Assembly (NCBI GenBank): GCA_044507735.1
Contig: JBIQJB010000007.1
Coordinates: forward strand, 1-64,000
DNA length: 64,000 nt
DNA from: Nitrosopumilales archaeon
GTDB taxonomy: Archaea > Thermoproteota > Nitrososphaeria > Nitrososphaerales > Nitrososphaeraceae
Direction of reading: 5' to 3'
Shown here: positions 7,879 through 17,491 of the stretch, piece after piece
Numbering within the stretch: position 1 is the first letter of the stretch
Layout: the number at the start of each line of letters is the position of its first letter
Program-made: the position numbers and the translations under genes
Notes under the pieces: generated by a model
Told to the model about the DNA's origin: nothing
Database searches by the model: none
What the model saw: the letters and a program-made list of their open reading frames with translations, nothing else

Positions 7879-9195
7879 CTAGGCAAGCTGCTGCTGTTGG
7901 TGGAATTCTGCCTTTTCGAGGCCGTACCTCTGCAGCGGCTTTGTTAGATGCCTGTGGGCCTTGGGTGTAGGAACATAGAGGCCTGCCTTGATTGCACGCT
8001 CCCTTGGAACCGTGATTTTCTTTGCGCCCGGGTCCCTGTGCTTGCATTTGTCGCACTGGTAGCCCTTGTTCTTGCCTTCTGACTTCATGCGCTTGCCGCA
8101 CATCTTGCACAGCGGATTCATCAGATCAAAAGCAGGCGCCAGCTCTTTCACCAAAAGATATTCCACGTTCAAGATCTTGGGGTGTTTTGTGGTCCCCTTC
8201 CTGACGCCTACTCCTATCTCGATAAAGTCGCCGGCTTCAAGACCGGCCGCTATTCCTGCCAGGCCAGTCGGCTCGTATACCGCTGCTGGCATCTCCGCAC
8301 CATCTTGTTCTACCATGAAAATCACGTGTCCTCCCTCCATCGCATGTGGCTTGCTTGCGACCCTGCACCGGACATAACCTGCAGTGTACGCCTTGGCCCC
8401 TGCAATTCTGATCTCGTTCTGCAGGTGCATGTTGGTTCCCTGGTTTGAGCGGAAAACAGTCCAGCCGTCCAGCTCTTCCTCGGGCTGCAGCGCAGCCAAT
8501 GCCGAGGTCACTATCTCGGGGGTCTCCCCCCTCACGCCAAAGAACACCGGGTCAGGCCCATGGGGCGCAACGAGCACCCTGTCGTGACTCTTGTCATAGT
8601 TGTTGAAGGTGTAAGGAAAAGTGTCTGCGCTGAATTTCACAACGCGCTCTTTGTTCACCATGCGCGGCGTGCCGCAGTTCTCCAATTTGCGATAGGCTAT
8701 CAACTCAAAGGTGTGGTCGCCCTGAAGCAGGCAGCCCATTGCGCCGAGGGAGCCTACGAGCCCCTGGCCGTTGCCAAGAGTGAAATACCGGACGCCGGCC
8801 GCCTTGGCCACCTTTTCAGCCATCTGTCTGCTCAACACATTGCACATCGCCATGGCGCTGAAACTTTGCAGCTCGGCCGGAATCTGATCCGCCTCCAAGA
8901 ACGCGATTCCCGGGTTTGCGCCGCCGCCAACGGCAGAGCCCTCTTCTACTGCCTGCCTGACATAGTCGATGACCCTGCCTACATCTTGCACTTGCAGCCG
9001 CAGGCAGACTGCGCCATTGCCCCTCGTCTTCCAAGGGATGTTGGGATTGAGCCTGATCAAGAGTGGGTAGTCAACAAGCCTTGCCCCCTCTTCCTTTTTG
9101 AGGTGCTCGGCTACCTTGAACGCAAGGTGTGTGGTGCACCTGCCGGCGCGAGAATCAGTGTCATCAAATGCAATGTGGAGCGTCTGCATGTGCAC
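7879..9195 (-). CDS. tiaS: tRNA(Ile2) agmatinylcytidine synthetase TiaS
   Basis: DDTDS..GRCTT, RLNPNIPWKTRGNGAV, PHGPDPVFFGVRG, RSNQGT, C-terminal Zn ribbon and RHLTKP. Confidence 0.95.
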   Translation of the reverse strand: MHMQTLHIAFDDTDSRAGRCTTHLAFKVAEHLKKEEGARLVDYPLLIRLNPNIPWKTRGNGAVCLRLQVQDVGRVIDYVRQAVEEGSAVGGGANPGIAFLEADQIPAELQSFSAMAMCNVLSRQMAEKVAKAAGVRYFTLGNGQGLVGSLGAMGCLLQGDHTFELIAYRKLENCGTPRMVNKERVVKFSADTFPYTFNNYDKSHDRVLVAPHGPDPVFFGVRGETPEIVTSALAALQPEEELDGWTVFRSNQGTNMHLQNEIRIAGAKAYTAGYVRCRVASKPHAMEGGHVIFMVEQDGAEMPAAVYEPTGLAGIAAGLEAGDFIEIGVGVRKGTTKHPKILNVEYLLVKELAPAFDLMNPLCKMCGKRMKSEGKNKGYQCDKCKHRDPGAKKITVPRERAIKAGLYVPTPKAHRHLTKPLQRYGLEKAEFHQQQQLA

Positions 9196-9482
9196 ATAGG
9201 AAAGTGAGCGCAGTAGCTATATAGACGGTTCTAGTTCCGGCTAGAAGACTACGTAAAACAGTTGAGAAGGGTTAATATCATGCAACTGTCGACTTTTATC
9301 CAGTACTATCTGCCCAGATAGACTGGCTGAAGGGAACAGGCGCTTTTGGCGTTGTACAGAAAAAGCCACGACCAATTGGCGGCTCACCACCGTCAGTATC
9401 CCTATGTGCAGGGCTGATTGGCCTGTTCTTTGTCAGTCTTTTTGCCGTTCCTATATCACACTGTTATAAAAATGGCATAGGG

Positions 9483-9490
9483 TTTAAATA
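9483..9490 (+). promoter_or_regulatory. TATA box upstream of ferredoxin
   Basis: TTTAAATA about 33 nt before the ATG. Confidence 0.5.
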
Positions 9491-9523
9491 GTTTCAGCAT
9501 GGATCGAAGGGTAAGTGAATTAG

Positions 9524-9817
9524 ATGCCAGTCGCAATACTTCCTGATGTTAGCGAACAACACTGCATCGGCTGTGCACTCTGTGTAGAGATTTGTACCGC
9601 TCTCGGTCCAGACGTACTCAGAGTAAAGCCAGTAGAAGGATGGAAGAGAGGCAAGGCTTTCGTCTTCTATCCGGAAAGATGCATCTCTGACGGAGCATGC
9701 ATCGGCGTTTGCCCAACAAAGGCAATCTTCTGGATGAGGCCGATGGACTACACCCCAGGACAGCCGATCCCGCTGAAGAAGCACGGCCTGTTCGTGAAGG
9801 GCTGGGAAGAAGGTTAA
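9524..9817 (+). CDS. 4Fe-4S dicluster ferredoxin
   Basis: CIGCALCVEIC and CISDGACIGVCP cluster motifs. Confidence 0.93.
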   Translation: MPVAILPDVSEQHCIGCALCVEICTALGPDVLRVKPVEGWKRGKAFVFYPERCISDGACIGVCPTKAIFWMRPMDYTPGQPIPLKKHGLFVKGWEEG

Positions 9818-9834
9818 GTCCCTTCCTAGAACAC

Positions 9835-9847
9835 TTTTTTCTTTTTT
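9835..9847 (+). terminator. Oligo-T archaeal terminator
   Basis: TTTTTTCTTTTTT shortly after the ferredoxin stop. Confidence 0.55.
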
Positions 9848-9911
9848 AGATTTTGATCCTCACTTTGCTGTCAATAAATTATTAATACTATCCACGATTC
9901 TCACTTAGATA

Positions 9912-10394
9912 GTGGTCGACTGGGACGAGGAGATCAAGGGTCATCTATTCTGGGTCTGGAAGGAAGGCGATGGCTTTCTCAAGCCAGGCAAGGAGTGCAT
10001 GCTGGTCATAACCGACAAGCGCATTGCCGTTATCACCAAGACCGACATGACTAGCAAGATGCACGACACCCACTCGCTCAGGCAGGCAAGGCGATTTGAT
10101 GCGGGCGAAAACGTCTTTCGGCCGGCAGAAGGCTACAAGCTCGAGCACCTCGAGCGCGACCTTGACAAGAGCCCCGATAATCTGGAGATACTGTTCGACC
10201 AGATCCTGGACATTTCATCTGAGGAGAAAGACTGGGGGACGCTTCTCAAGGTAACCGTAAAGTTTGGCGACAAGACCAAGACACACAAGTTCTCTATAGC
10301 AAAGGGCTGGATAAAATACCCCGCCAAGGAGCCCATGGGGTATCGGAAGATGGACTGGAGCCCAGTTATAAATTTAGTAAAAACTTCCACATAA
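9912..10394 (+). CDS. Hypothetical protein, possible PH-like fold
   Basis: 160-aa ORF with host-like codon usage; LVITDKRI motif. Confidence 0.75.
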   Translation: MVDWDEEIKGHLFWVWKEGDGFLKPGKECMLVITDKRIAVITKTDMTSKMHDTHSLRQARRFDAGENVFRPAEGYKLEHLERDLDKSPDNLEILFDQILDISSEEKDWGTLLKVTVKFGDKTKTHKFSIAKGWIKYPAKEPMGYRKMDWSPVINLVKTST

Positions 10395-10451
10395 TTTGAT
10401 AAAATTTATATTGCATCTGGACAGACAGAGCTTCAAGAAAAAGAGCAATTA

Positions 10452-10688
10452 ATGACCAAGACAAAGGCGTTTGTTCTGATAAAAACCGAGACAGGACTGG
10501 AAAAGCTCGTACATGAAGAGTTAAAGTCCCTTGAAGGCGTCAAGGCCGTCTACGACCTGTACGGCGAATATGACATCATGGTGATGATTGAGCAGGACAC
10601 CGACAAGGGCGTGGCAGAGGTTGTCTCGTGGGAGCTGCGCAAGATAAAGGGCATACGCAGCACCAATACATTGGTTGTCGCGAAGTAG
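10452..10688 (+). CDS. Lrp/AsnC ligand-binding (RAM) domain protein
   Basis: AFVLI..V..VYDLYGEYDIMV..LRKIKGIRSTNT. Confidence 0.88.
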   Translation: MTKTKAFVLIKTETGLEKLVHEELKSLEGVKAVYDLYGEYDIMVMIEQDTDKGVAEVVSWELRKIKGIRSTNTLVVAK

Positions 10689-10727
10689 TAATATTGGGCA
10701 GTTTTCTACCTGCGTGCGTATAGCATT

Positions 10728-11444
10728 TTGCCTAAAAAGCTGTTTGTGATTGGCGTAGGACCCGGGTCGCCAGCGTACCTGACCGACATCGCCAAACAGG
10801 CAATCAAAAAATCACACTACATAGTCGGCTACAAGTACACGCTGTCTACCATTGAAGGCGTCATAGACAGGAGCAGGCAGCAAGTGTTTGAAGTCACAAT
10901 GAAGACTCAGGAAGACGTCTACCAGGACGTCTATGGTAAAATGAAGGACGGCGAATACTGCACCGTGCCTTTCACCGGCGACGTCAATTTTTCCGAGTCA
11001 GAAGTTGTCGACAGGCTCCTGGAGATCTTTGGCGACGACAACGTGGAGGTTATCCCAGGCATAAGCTCTATTCAGGTTGCGGCCGCAAAGTCCCGCGTTC
11101 CTACCGACAAGGCGCTGGTGGTCACGTTCCACGTGACCGGCGACATCGAGCAGAAAAAGGCCGATCTGCTGCAGGCGGTAAGGCAGGGAAAGAGCGTCAT
11201 CCTGCTGCCAAGGCCGTGGCCGCGCGACCCGTCAAAGCATTTCATGCAGTCAGAGATTGCAAGGTTCCTGCGCGAGAACGGCATTGACACGACCAAGCTC
11301 AAGGTCTGGGTTTTTGAACACCTTACCACCGAAAAAGAGACCACATTCCGAGGAATGGTGGCAGACCTTGAGGGAAAAGAGTTCTCCGACCTCTCAGCCA
11401 TGGTAATAGACCAGACAAAGAGGCAGACATATCTCGAATTCTAG
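10728..11444 (+). CDS. cbiE: Precorrin-6Y/cobalt-precorrin-7 methyltransferase CbiE
   Basis: VIGVGPGS, TGD and VIPGISSIQVAAA tetrapyrrole-methylase motifs; VFEHLTTEKE. Confidence 0.85.
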   Translation: MPKKLFVIGVGPGSPAYLTDIAKQAIKKSHYIVGYKYTLSTIEGVIDRSRQQVFEVTMKTQEDVYQDVYGKMKDGEYCTVPFTGDVNFSESEVVDRLLEIFGDDNVEVIPGISSIQVAAAKSRVPTDKALVVTFHVTGDIEQKKADLLQAVRQGKSVILLPRPWPRDPSKHFMQSEIARFLRENGIDTTKLKVWVFEHLTTEKETTFRGMVADLEGKEFSDLSAMVIDQTKRQTYLEF

Positions 11445-11630
11445 CAGGCGCGCCGAATAGCTATGAAAATCGCTATTTCCATCTGAACTTAAAGCAATGC
11501 AGCAACTCTTTTCGTACTTGCGTATCGTATGCTAAGAACGATAATAGCCTTGGATTGATGGGTAACTGTAGTTATCCAACAAGTCAATTCGAGCCGGAAG
11601 TTTAAATATCAATTAAGCTTCACTTTTTCC

Positions 11631-11759
11631 ATGCCAATGGAAGAAAAGTCTGTTGGCATGCAGGACTCCGGCAAGGTGGCTGTCAGGTATTGCGTCGAAT
11701 GTGGCGCAAAGATGCTCAAATCGCAAAAAGTGTGCCCTGCATGTGGCGAGAGCCAGTAA
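11631..11759 (+). CDS. Small zinc-ribbon protein (42 aa; not in the ORF track)
   Basis: MPMEEKSVGMQDSGKVAVRYCVECGAKMLKSQKVCPACGESQ*; TTTAAATA at 11601-11608 and a T-tract downstream. Confidence 0.8.
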   Translation: MPMEEKSVGMQDSGKVAVRYCVECGAKMLKSQKVCPACGESQ

Positions 11760-12034
11760 CACTTTTCCCCTTTTTGTTGCAGTTTTTTTGGTGAAGAAGA
11801 ACAACAACAATAAGAGTAGCTAGCATGATGTTCGCATCAATTCAAAGGCACCACATCAACAACATTGCAGAACTACGGCGGCAAGAAAAAAACCCTCTAC
11901 AGCCTTCACAGCAGATCGAAGAATTCTGTCATTGTGCAGCGTCCAAAAAAACTCCTCTTGTTTCTGATCGTATGATGGTGCTGTTGATCCGATGTTCATT
12001 AAACATATTTAATGTCTGAATTGGAACCTAGATC

Positions 12035-12328
12035 ATGAGCGAAGAAAAGCGTTATCCTGTCTCTCAGACATTCACCGTTCTAGACGGCTATGACATTTAC
12101 CGCAGCAACAACCTGATAGTGGCTCTTGTAGTAGTCCAGAGTCAGTTTGGCAAGGACCTGAGGCTCTACCGGTGGATGAAGAGGAACGACCAGTGGAAGG
12201 TCGATCTCTGTAGAATGGGAGTTGGCAGGTGGAAATGGAATGAAGTGGCCGCAAAAGCCAACGAATTCATTGAAAAGTATGGCCTGAAGGGATCGCAGGC
12301 TGCTGCTGGTGCCAGCGCTGAAGAGTAA
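12035..12328 (+). CDS. Hypothetical protein
   Basis: 97-aa ORF with host-like codon usage and an upstream AT box. Confidence 0.8.
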   Translation: MSEEKRYPVSQTFTVLDGYDIYRSNNLIVALVVVQSQFGKDLRLYRWMKRNDQWKVDLCRMGVGRWKWNEVAAKANEFIEKYGLKGSQAAAGASAEE

Positions 12329-12357
12329 ATGATGTTGATGATATAATATCCTCTCGC

Positions 12358-12933
12358 CTAGGTCGACTCTGTTATGATGTTGACATTGTCAAGCCCGCCC
12401 AGCTGCTCTATCATCTGCCATTCTATCACCGCTGCCGCAAAGAGTACTACCGCAGCAATCCCGAGCTCGATGAGCGTAGGGACAGCGTACTCGCGCCACG
12501 GGCGCCTTTTCACAAAATAGTAAACCAGCATGCCGCTCCTTGATATTGCAAGGCCGTAGACAAATACTTCCATAATGCCAAACGGCGTGATTAGGATGAC
12601 AAGCGGCGGGACTTCTCCAAGCAAAGGCTCAGAGCTTGCAAGCGCCGCGAACACGGATCCGGTGGCAAAGCCGGAGAACCCTCCAAAGCCGGCACCAACA
12701 CCGGGGATGAACATGACTAGGGCTATTCGTATATTGTTGACGAATATGCCAAACTCGTCTATCCCAGCTATCTGATCTGAAAACTGCTCCCTGATGGTCT
12801 GCGCCTCTTCGTCGCTCAGCGGCAGGGCCGCGCCGACGGAATAAGCGATGAGAAATGTGGCCGCGCCAAATGCGAGATAGAGAAGGCGCCGCCTGGTGAT
12901 CGCAAAACGCAACAGGGTTGAATTGTGCGGCAT
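12358..12933 (-). CDS. SpoIIM (stage II sporulation protein M)-family membrane protein
   Basis: IFVNNIRIAL, PFGIMEV and AAVIE motifs; multiple TM helices. Confidence 0.85.
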   Translation of the reverse strand: MPHNSTLLRFAITRRRLLYLAFGAATFLIAYSVGAALPLSDEEAQTIREQFSDQIAGIDEFGIFVNNIRIALVMFIPGVGAGFGGFSGFATGSVFAALASSEPLLGEVPPLVILITPFGIMEVFVYGLAISRSGMLVYYFVKRRPWREYAVPTLIELGIAAVVLFAAAVIEWQMIEQLGGLDNVNIITEST

Positions 12934-13012
12934 CGTATAATTAGTTTTGTTGTCATTCTCGATCCTTGCATGACCCTGTCTTAATTTCTGCCGATAGCTG
13001 TGAAAAAAAAAT

Positions 13013-14743
13013 TTAGGCGATTTTGGGAGGCTGTATCTCCCTCACGCTCAGATACTTGAAGTTCCACGTTATGTCGTCAGTGCGAAACGCTGCAATGTTT
13101 TGCGTTGATGTGCCGCCTGGCATGTTGAGTATTTCATCACGCTGCCTGTACTTCTTTGTGCTGTCTTTGTTCAGCGGCGCACAGCTGGGGTTAAAGTCGC
13201 TGTCATTTGTGCTCCATCCGCCCCTGTCCTCCACTACTGAAGCGCGCTTCCAGTTGTTTTTAATTACCAGATTGCCCTTTGAATCAGTCACGTCGTCGTC
13301 GATATAGCTCTCCATCCTGACGTACGTCTTGCCGTTTTCCACAAAGTTGTAGATCACCGCCTTGAATCCAACCCATCTGCCCTTGAGTGGCTTGTCTGTA
13401 ACGTCTACAGTGCCCTTGTTGCTAGTGTATGCCGGGTGATTGACCTCCTTGACCCACTTTGCCTCGCCGTTGCCATACAGCCTTGCCTTGTACGCGCTGC
13501 CAAGACATACATCCTTTGACGTGTGGTGCCCACCTCTCGAATACAGCTGCAAGAGCTCGTTGGAGCCGCTCACTATCTTGGCATACATTGTTATCTCTAC
13601 GTTGACCCACTTTTGATTCACTGGCGACCACGCTTCCAGCCTTACCTGACCGTTGCTTCCCCCGTTTAACTGCCAAGATCCGTCAGGCTGCTTTTTCATG
13701 GTTTCCAGATTTCTGAACATGGGGTCGTTGGCTGGGTTTTCCATGTTGACGTACCACTCGTTTCCGCCCTTTGCAGTGGGGAAGATCTTTTTGACTCCAA
13801 ACTTGTCCACTGTGGTAGTTGTAGAAGATAGCGTACTCGTGCCTCCACCTCCACTTGAAGACAGAATGTTCACTGTAACATTTATCGAGTTCCATGCTTG
13901 GTTGCCGGCGCTGTCAGTCGCCCTTGAGGTTATTCTATGCTTGCCAGCTTTTGTCTGCATGACAACACTCCAGCTAGACCAGTCTCCCGCTGCCTTTGGA
14001 GTGGCTGCCACATATGCGCCATCGTCGACCCTCACCTCGACTATCTTGACTGCTTTGTTGTCGGTTGCTGTGCCTCGAATTGTGATCGTGCCGCTTGCAC
14101 TTGCAGTTACAGTCGAACCATCAGATGGACTCGTTATCTTGACTGTGGGAGCTGTTGTGTCTGCTACTGCCGCCTGAGTCGATGATGGGGTGTAGCCGTA
14201 CACATCGATTTCAGTGATGCTGACCCATTCGCCGTTGCTGCCCTTGTTGATGTCACTGACAGTGATTCTCACATATCTTGCTGTAACAGTCCCTTTGAGC
14301 GTGTACTTCTCTGGGTTTGCTGTCTTGCCACTGCTCTCTCCGGTATAGACCTTCGTATAGCTTTTACCGTCGCTTGAGACAGAGATGGTAAATTCATTTA
14401 CCCTTGTATCGCCCTTGTACCACGCAATGTTGACGCTGCAAATAGCCATTTGCTTCCCTAGGTCTGCCGTGATCCAAGAGCCAAACCCTAAGCTGGACCA
14501 TCTGGTTTTGAGGTTGTTGTCTATTGCATTTGCTGGCGGATTGGCTGCTTCATGACCTGACGCTGAGACACGCGCGATTCTTATGTCTTCGCAGGCGGGA
14601 GCAGCTTCAGCTGTCGGTGCGACCATCAAGCCAGTTGCTCCAAAAGTAAACACAGACGCTGCAATCAACACAATTGATGCAATTGCACTGATTTGCCTCC
14701 TTAATGTGGATCCTTTTTCTAGCAGTATCATGAGTAAGAACAT
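13013..14743 (-). CDS. Secreted protein: signal peptide + discoidin (F5/8 type C) + Ig-like + C-terminal beta-sandwich (lectin/lyase-like) domain
   Basis: NAIDNNLKTRWS..WITADLG..ARYVRITV..SITEIDVYG; DTTAPTVKITSP Ig repeat; DKFGVKKIFPT C-terminal domain. Confidence 0.85.
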   Translation of the reverse strand: MFLLMILLEKGSTLRRQISAIASIVLIAASVFTFGATGLMVAPTAEAAPACEDIRIARVSASGHEAANPPANAIDNNLKTRWSSLGFGSWITADLGKQMAICSVNIAWYKGDTRVNEFTISVSSDGKSYTKVYTGESSGKTANPEKYTLKGTVTARYVRITVSDINKGSNGEWVSITEIDVYGYTPSSTQAAVADTTAPTVKITSPSDGSTVTASASGTITIRGTATDNKAVKIVEVRVDDGAYVAATPKAAGDWSSWSVVMQTKAGKHRITSRATDSAGNQAWNSINVTVNILSSSGGGGTSTLSSTTTTVDKFGVKKIFPTAKGGNEWYVNMENPANDPMFRNLETMKKQPDGSWQLNGGSNGQVRLEAWSPVNQKWVNVEITMYAKIVSGSNELLQLYSRGGHHTSKDVCLGSAYKARLYGNGEAKWVKEVNHPAYTSNKGTVDVTDKPLKGRWVGFKAVIYNFVENGKTYVRMESYIDDDVTDSKGNLVIKNNWKRASVVEDRGGWSTNDSDFNPSCAPLNKDSTKKYRQRDEILNMPGGTSTQNIAAFRTDDITWNFKYLSVREIQPPKIA

Positions 14744-14872
14744 TCTGTATTGTTTCTATTTATCTTGGTCGCGGTAATCGCGTTAATCAGGCAATTCATC
14801 CAGAAATATGGAAAATGATTTCATTTTCCGTCATGCGATAGAATTCTAGAATATCTATACAGTTTCTCAGGA

Positions 14873-16036
14873 TTAGCTTCTGGGGTATTGCGTCCAGCTG
14901 ACCTTCTTTCTTCTTTCTTTATTATTTTTCTCGTCTTCCGCCGGCTTTCTCATTAGAAAGAGGTACTTGAAGCCGCGCAGATAAAAGTTGAAGCGCAATG
15001 CGCGGCTGTGCCAGATGCCGGTGTTCGATGTCTGGCTTCTCCTTGCCACGCAAATGATGTCGACGGTGTCGAAATACTTGCAGAGGCCGTCATAGACGTA
15101 AAAGCCGACTGGCGTGAACTTTTTCTTTACCCATTGGTCCCCTATCAGCCAGCCAAGAACCTTTCCAGGCTTCAATACCCTGTGACATTCGGCCATCACC
15201 ATGTCGAGGGCCTTGTAAAACTCGTCGCTTTCAGCGGAAAGCTTGCCGATGTTGTCCTGCTGGTCGTTGTAGTCGATGTTGTCGCCGTACGGCGAATCGA
15301 TGAACACCATGTCCACGCTCTCGTCGGCAAGTGGAATCTTGCGCGCATCGTTCTGCTTGATGTCCGGCCTTGTCGGCGATATGTCAAAGGCAATGCACCT
15401 GCGGCCCTCTTCTTGGCACACGTCGATGGTAGTGCCGCTGCCGGCCATCGGGTCAAGCACAAGGTCGCCCGGCTCTGTATAGCGCTTGACCATGTTGTAA
15501 ATTACAAAAGCAGGGGTAACGCCGGCGTACTTGTTGCTGCCCTTTTGCGTCTTGCCATAGCTCTGCCTGGGATAATCCCAGAGGGTGGTAGACTCGAGTC
15601 TGGGCTTATCCTCGGCATCAGTAGCGATCTTTCTTGCTGCCTTGAGCTTGTTGCTGCCTGGGTCCTCCAGATATCGAGAAAGGGAGTGCGCGAGTTCGCC
15701 GTCCAGAGCGTCGCGCCAGTTGCTAACACCTATTGTGGACAGGATCTTTTTTGCTCCTGTAATTGAATGCACAGCGCCGTTCTGTGACACTCGAACCTGA
15801 TACGGGTACCTGCCTTTCCATGCTTCCGGTACGATGTCTTTTGCACCGTCGGACTTGGCACGGAATGTTCCGTAGAGCGTATCTGTGTCTAGGTTGAGCA
15901 GAAAGAGCAGGTCGCCCTTCTTTATCTTGAGGACATTCTCGCCATATATCCTGCCTGCAGCAAAGAGCATCCTGTCAAAGCATTCCCGTTCGCTCTTGCT
16001 TGTACATGCGAAAATGTGCCCGGCCGCCTGCCCCAT
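14873..16036 (-). CDS. DCD (PUA-like) domain fused to an amino-methyltransferase (N4C/N6A type)
   Basis: N-term GHIFAC..ECFDRMLF..IKKGDLLFLLN..LYGTFRA..AW..YPYQVRV (DCD); VLDPMAGSGTT (motif I) followed by VFIDSPY (motif IV). Confidence 0.8.
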   Translation of the reverse strand: MGQAAGHIFACTSKSERECFDRMLFAAGRIYGENVLKIKKGDLLFLLNLDTDTLYGTFRAKSDGAKDIVPEAWKGRYPYQVRVSQNGAVHSITGAKKILSTIGVSNWRDALDGELAHSLSRYLEDPGSNKLKAARKIATDAEDKPRLESTTLWDYPRQSYGKTQKGSNKYAGVTPAFVIYNMVKRYTEPGDLVLDPMAGSGTTIDVCQEEGRRCIAFDISPTRPDIKQNDARKIPLADESVDMVFIDSPYGDNIDYNDQQDNIGKLSAESDEFYKALDMVMAECHRVLKPGKVLGWLIGDQWVKKKFTPVGFYVYDGLCKYFDTVDIICVARRSQTSNTGIWHSRALRFNFYLRGFKYLFLMRKPAEDEKNNKERRKKVSWTQYPRS

Positions 16037-16357
16037 GATGCAAGTTGGCAGTTTGGCAGTACTTAAAAATATTTAGATGCTATCAATGACCTGCCAAGTC
16101 ACAATCGTTGTCCTGAATGTCATAGGGCAATGGGGACCGTGCTCAGGCCACGTCACTCAGATTTTATCGGGCTATCAAGACAGCAGCAAAAGGTGCCGCA
16201 ATGCAGTCTCTATCTACATGAGAATTTTGATTCCCCTGATGGTAAACAAGTCCATCCCTCATCTACCTCCAAAGAATATGTGGGGCTTTTCCTGTTTTCT
16301 CTGCTTTTCGTGAATGCCAAACCTTTTACGTTACCAGTGCGTATATTACTACGCCAT

Positions 16358-16537
16358 ATGACACTCTGCTACCTTTGTAACATGCGTACTGCAGCAATGG
16401 ACTGCCCTGAATGCAAGAGGCCTGTTTGCAAAAAGTGCACAAAGGACTTTCCGTTTTCAAGGAGCGCGTGTCTGGAATGCGCTGCCAGCATCAAAACGGG
16501 CCTCGGCGGAATAAGAAAGGACGAAGAGATCTTTTAG
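16358..16537 (+). CDS. Small Cys-rich zinc-finger protein (59 aa)
   Basis: MTLCYLC..DCPECKRPVCKKC..ACLEC; the internal ATG of ORF 16130..16537 is the plausible start. Confidence 0.75.
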   Translation: MTLCYLCNMRTAAMDCPECKRPVCKKCTKDFPFSRSACLECAASIKTGLGGIRKDEEIF

Positions 16538-16749
16538 TGCGATGAGCACAGCATGAGGGTCAAAAACCCCCAAATCCTCTTTTAGCATGCTATCGCAGAA
16601 ATATATTCTTGCTATGTCGAGCGGCTTCTCTGTCTCTCCATGTTAGACAAACGTGCTTCTGATGTGTAGCTCTGCATGTGTACGTCGTGCCGGCATTTGG
16701 GAAAAACATGTCATGAAGCAACAAATGGTCTTGGAACCATCAAGACATG

Positions 16750-16775
16750 TGCATATGCATATGCATATGCATATG
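16750..16775. repeat. (TGCATA)4 tandem palindromic microsatellite
   Basis: tgcatatgcatatgcatatgcatatg. Confidence 0.9.
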
Positions 16776-16849
16776 ATCAATCAAATTGTAGATAATTCTC
16801 ATAGTTTGTCTTAAAGTCAATAATAGGCCGGCATGCCCATCTAGAGTAT

Positions 16850-17020
16850 ATGGTATTAGGTGCTGTAGCTGCTATCGCTATTGCAATTGTCATTCTTGTG
16901 ATATTCTTCGCCATAGCCGGCTTTCTCATTCAGCTCCTTGCTCCGGTCATTGCAGTCATAATAATAGCGATCGTGGTAATCGGAGGCGGCATATGGCTAT
17001 ACACAAAATACAAGTCTTGA
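16850..17020 (+). CDS. Small two-TM membrane protein (56 aa; not in the ORF track)
   Basis: MVLGAVAAIAIAIVILVIFFAIAGFLIQLLAPVIAVIIIAIVVIGGGIWLYTKYKS*. Confidence 0.75.
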   Translation: MVLGAVAAIAIAIVILVIFFAIAGFLIQLLAPVIAVIIIAIVVIGGGIWLYTKYKS

Positions 17021-17023
17021 TTG

Positions 17024-17491
17024 CTAACGCACTCTCTTGACAAAGTGAATTCTCGAATCCACCACGCTGATCTGTTCCTCAATGAGTTTCTTGTAGCCCG
17101 TCAGCAATTTGACCTGTTCTTCATATGAGTGGTCTTGAATGACCGTCATCGTATCTTCAAACATGGTGGCAAGTTCTGTAACTAGCGGACCGAGACGGCC
17201 AATGTCTGCCGAGTCCTTCTTGGCTGCTGCGTAACCTGGCTTCAAGGCTCCTGACTTTCTGAATTCATCTGTCTTGGTCTTTACCATATCCGCTGCCTTG
17301 TCAAGCGCAGAATCTACAAGGTCAGTGACTGCATCGCCGGCGCGCAGCGCTTTAACCTTCAATTCCTCATCATCGTTCGTCATTATGTGCGTGGTGCCTC
17401 TTACCTCTGTTTCTTTGTAGGTTGCCGTTGAACCATCCTTGGTCACTCTAACAACATTCTCTTTCTCAGTCACAGTGTACCTATTGCACAA
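17024..17491 (-). CDS. Hypothetical helical protein
   Basis: 155-aa ORF converging on the small membrane gene; the true start may be downstream. Confidence 0.7.
   Translation of the reverse strand: MCNRYTVTEKENVVRVTKDGSTATYKETEVRGTTHIMTNDDEELKVKALRAGDAVTDLVDSALDKAADMVKTKTDEFRKSGALKPGYAAAKKDSADIGRLGPLVTELATMFEDTMTVIQDHSYEEQVKLLTGYKKLIEEQISVVDSRIHFVKRVR

Noticed and set aside
9230-9480. Possible cobalamin riboswitch (AAGGGAA) or small ORF between tiaS and ferredoxin
   Set aside because: No B12-box or other conserved elements found; no ORF with a credible start
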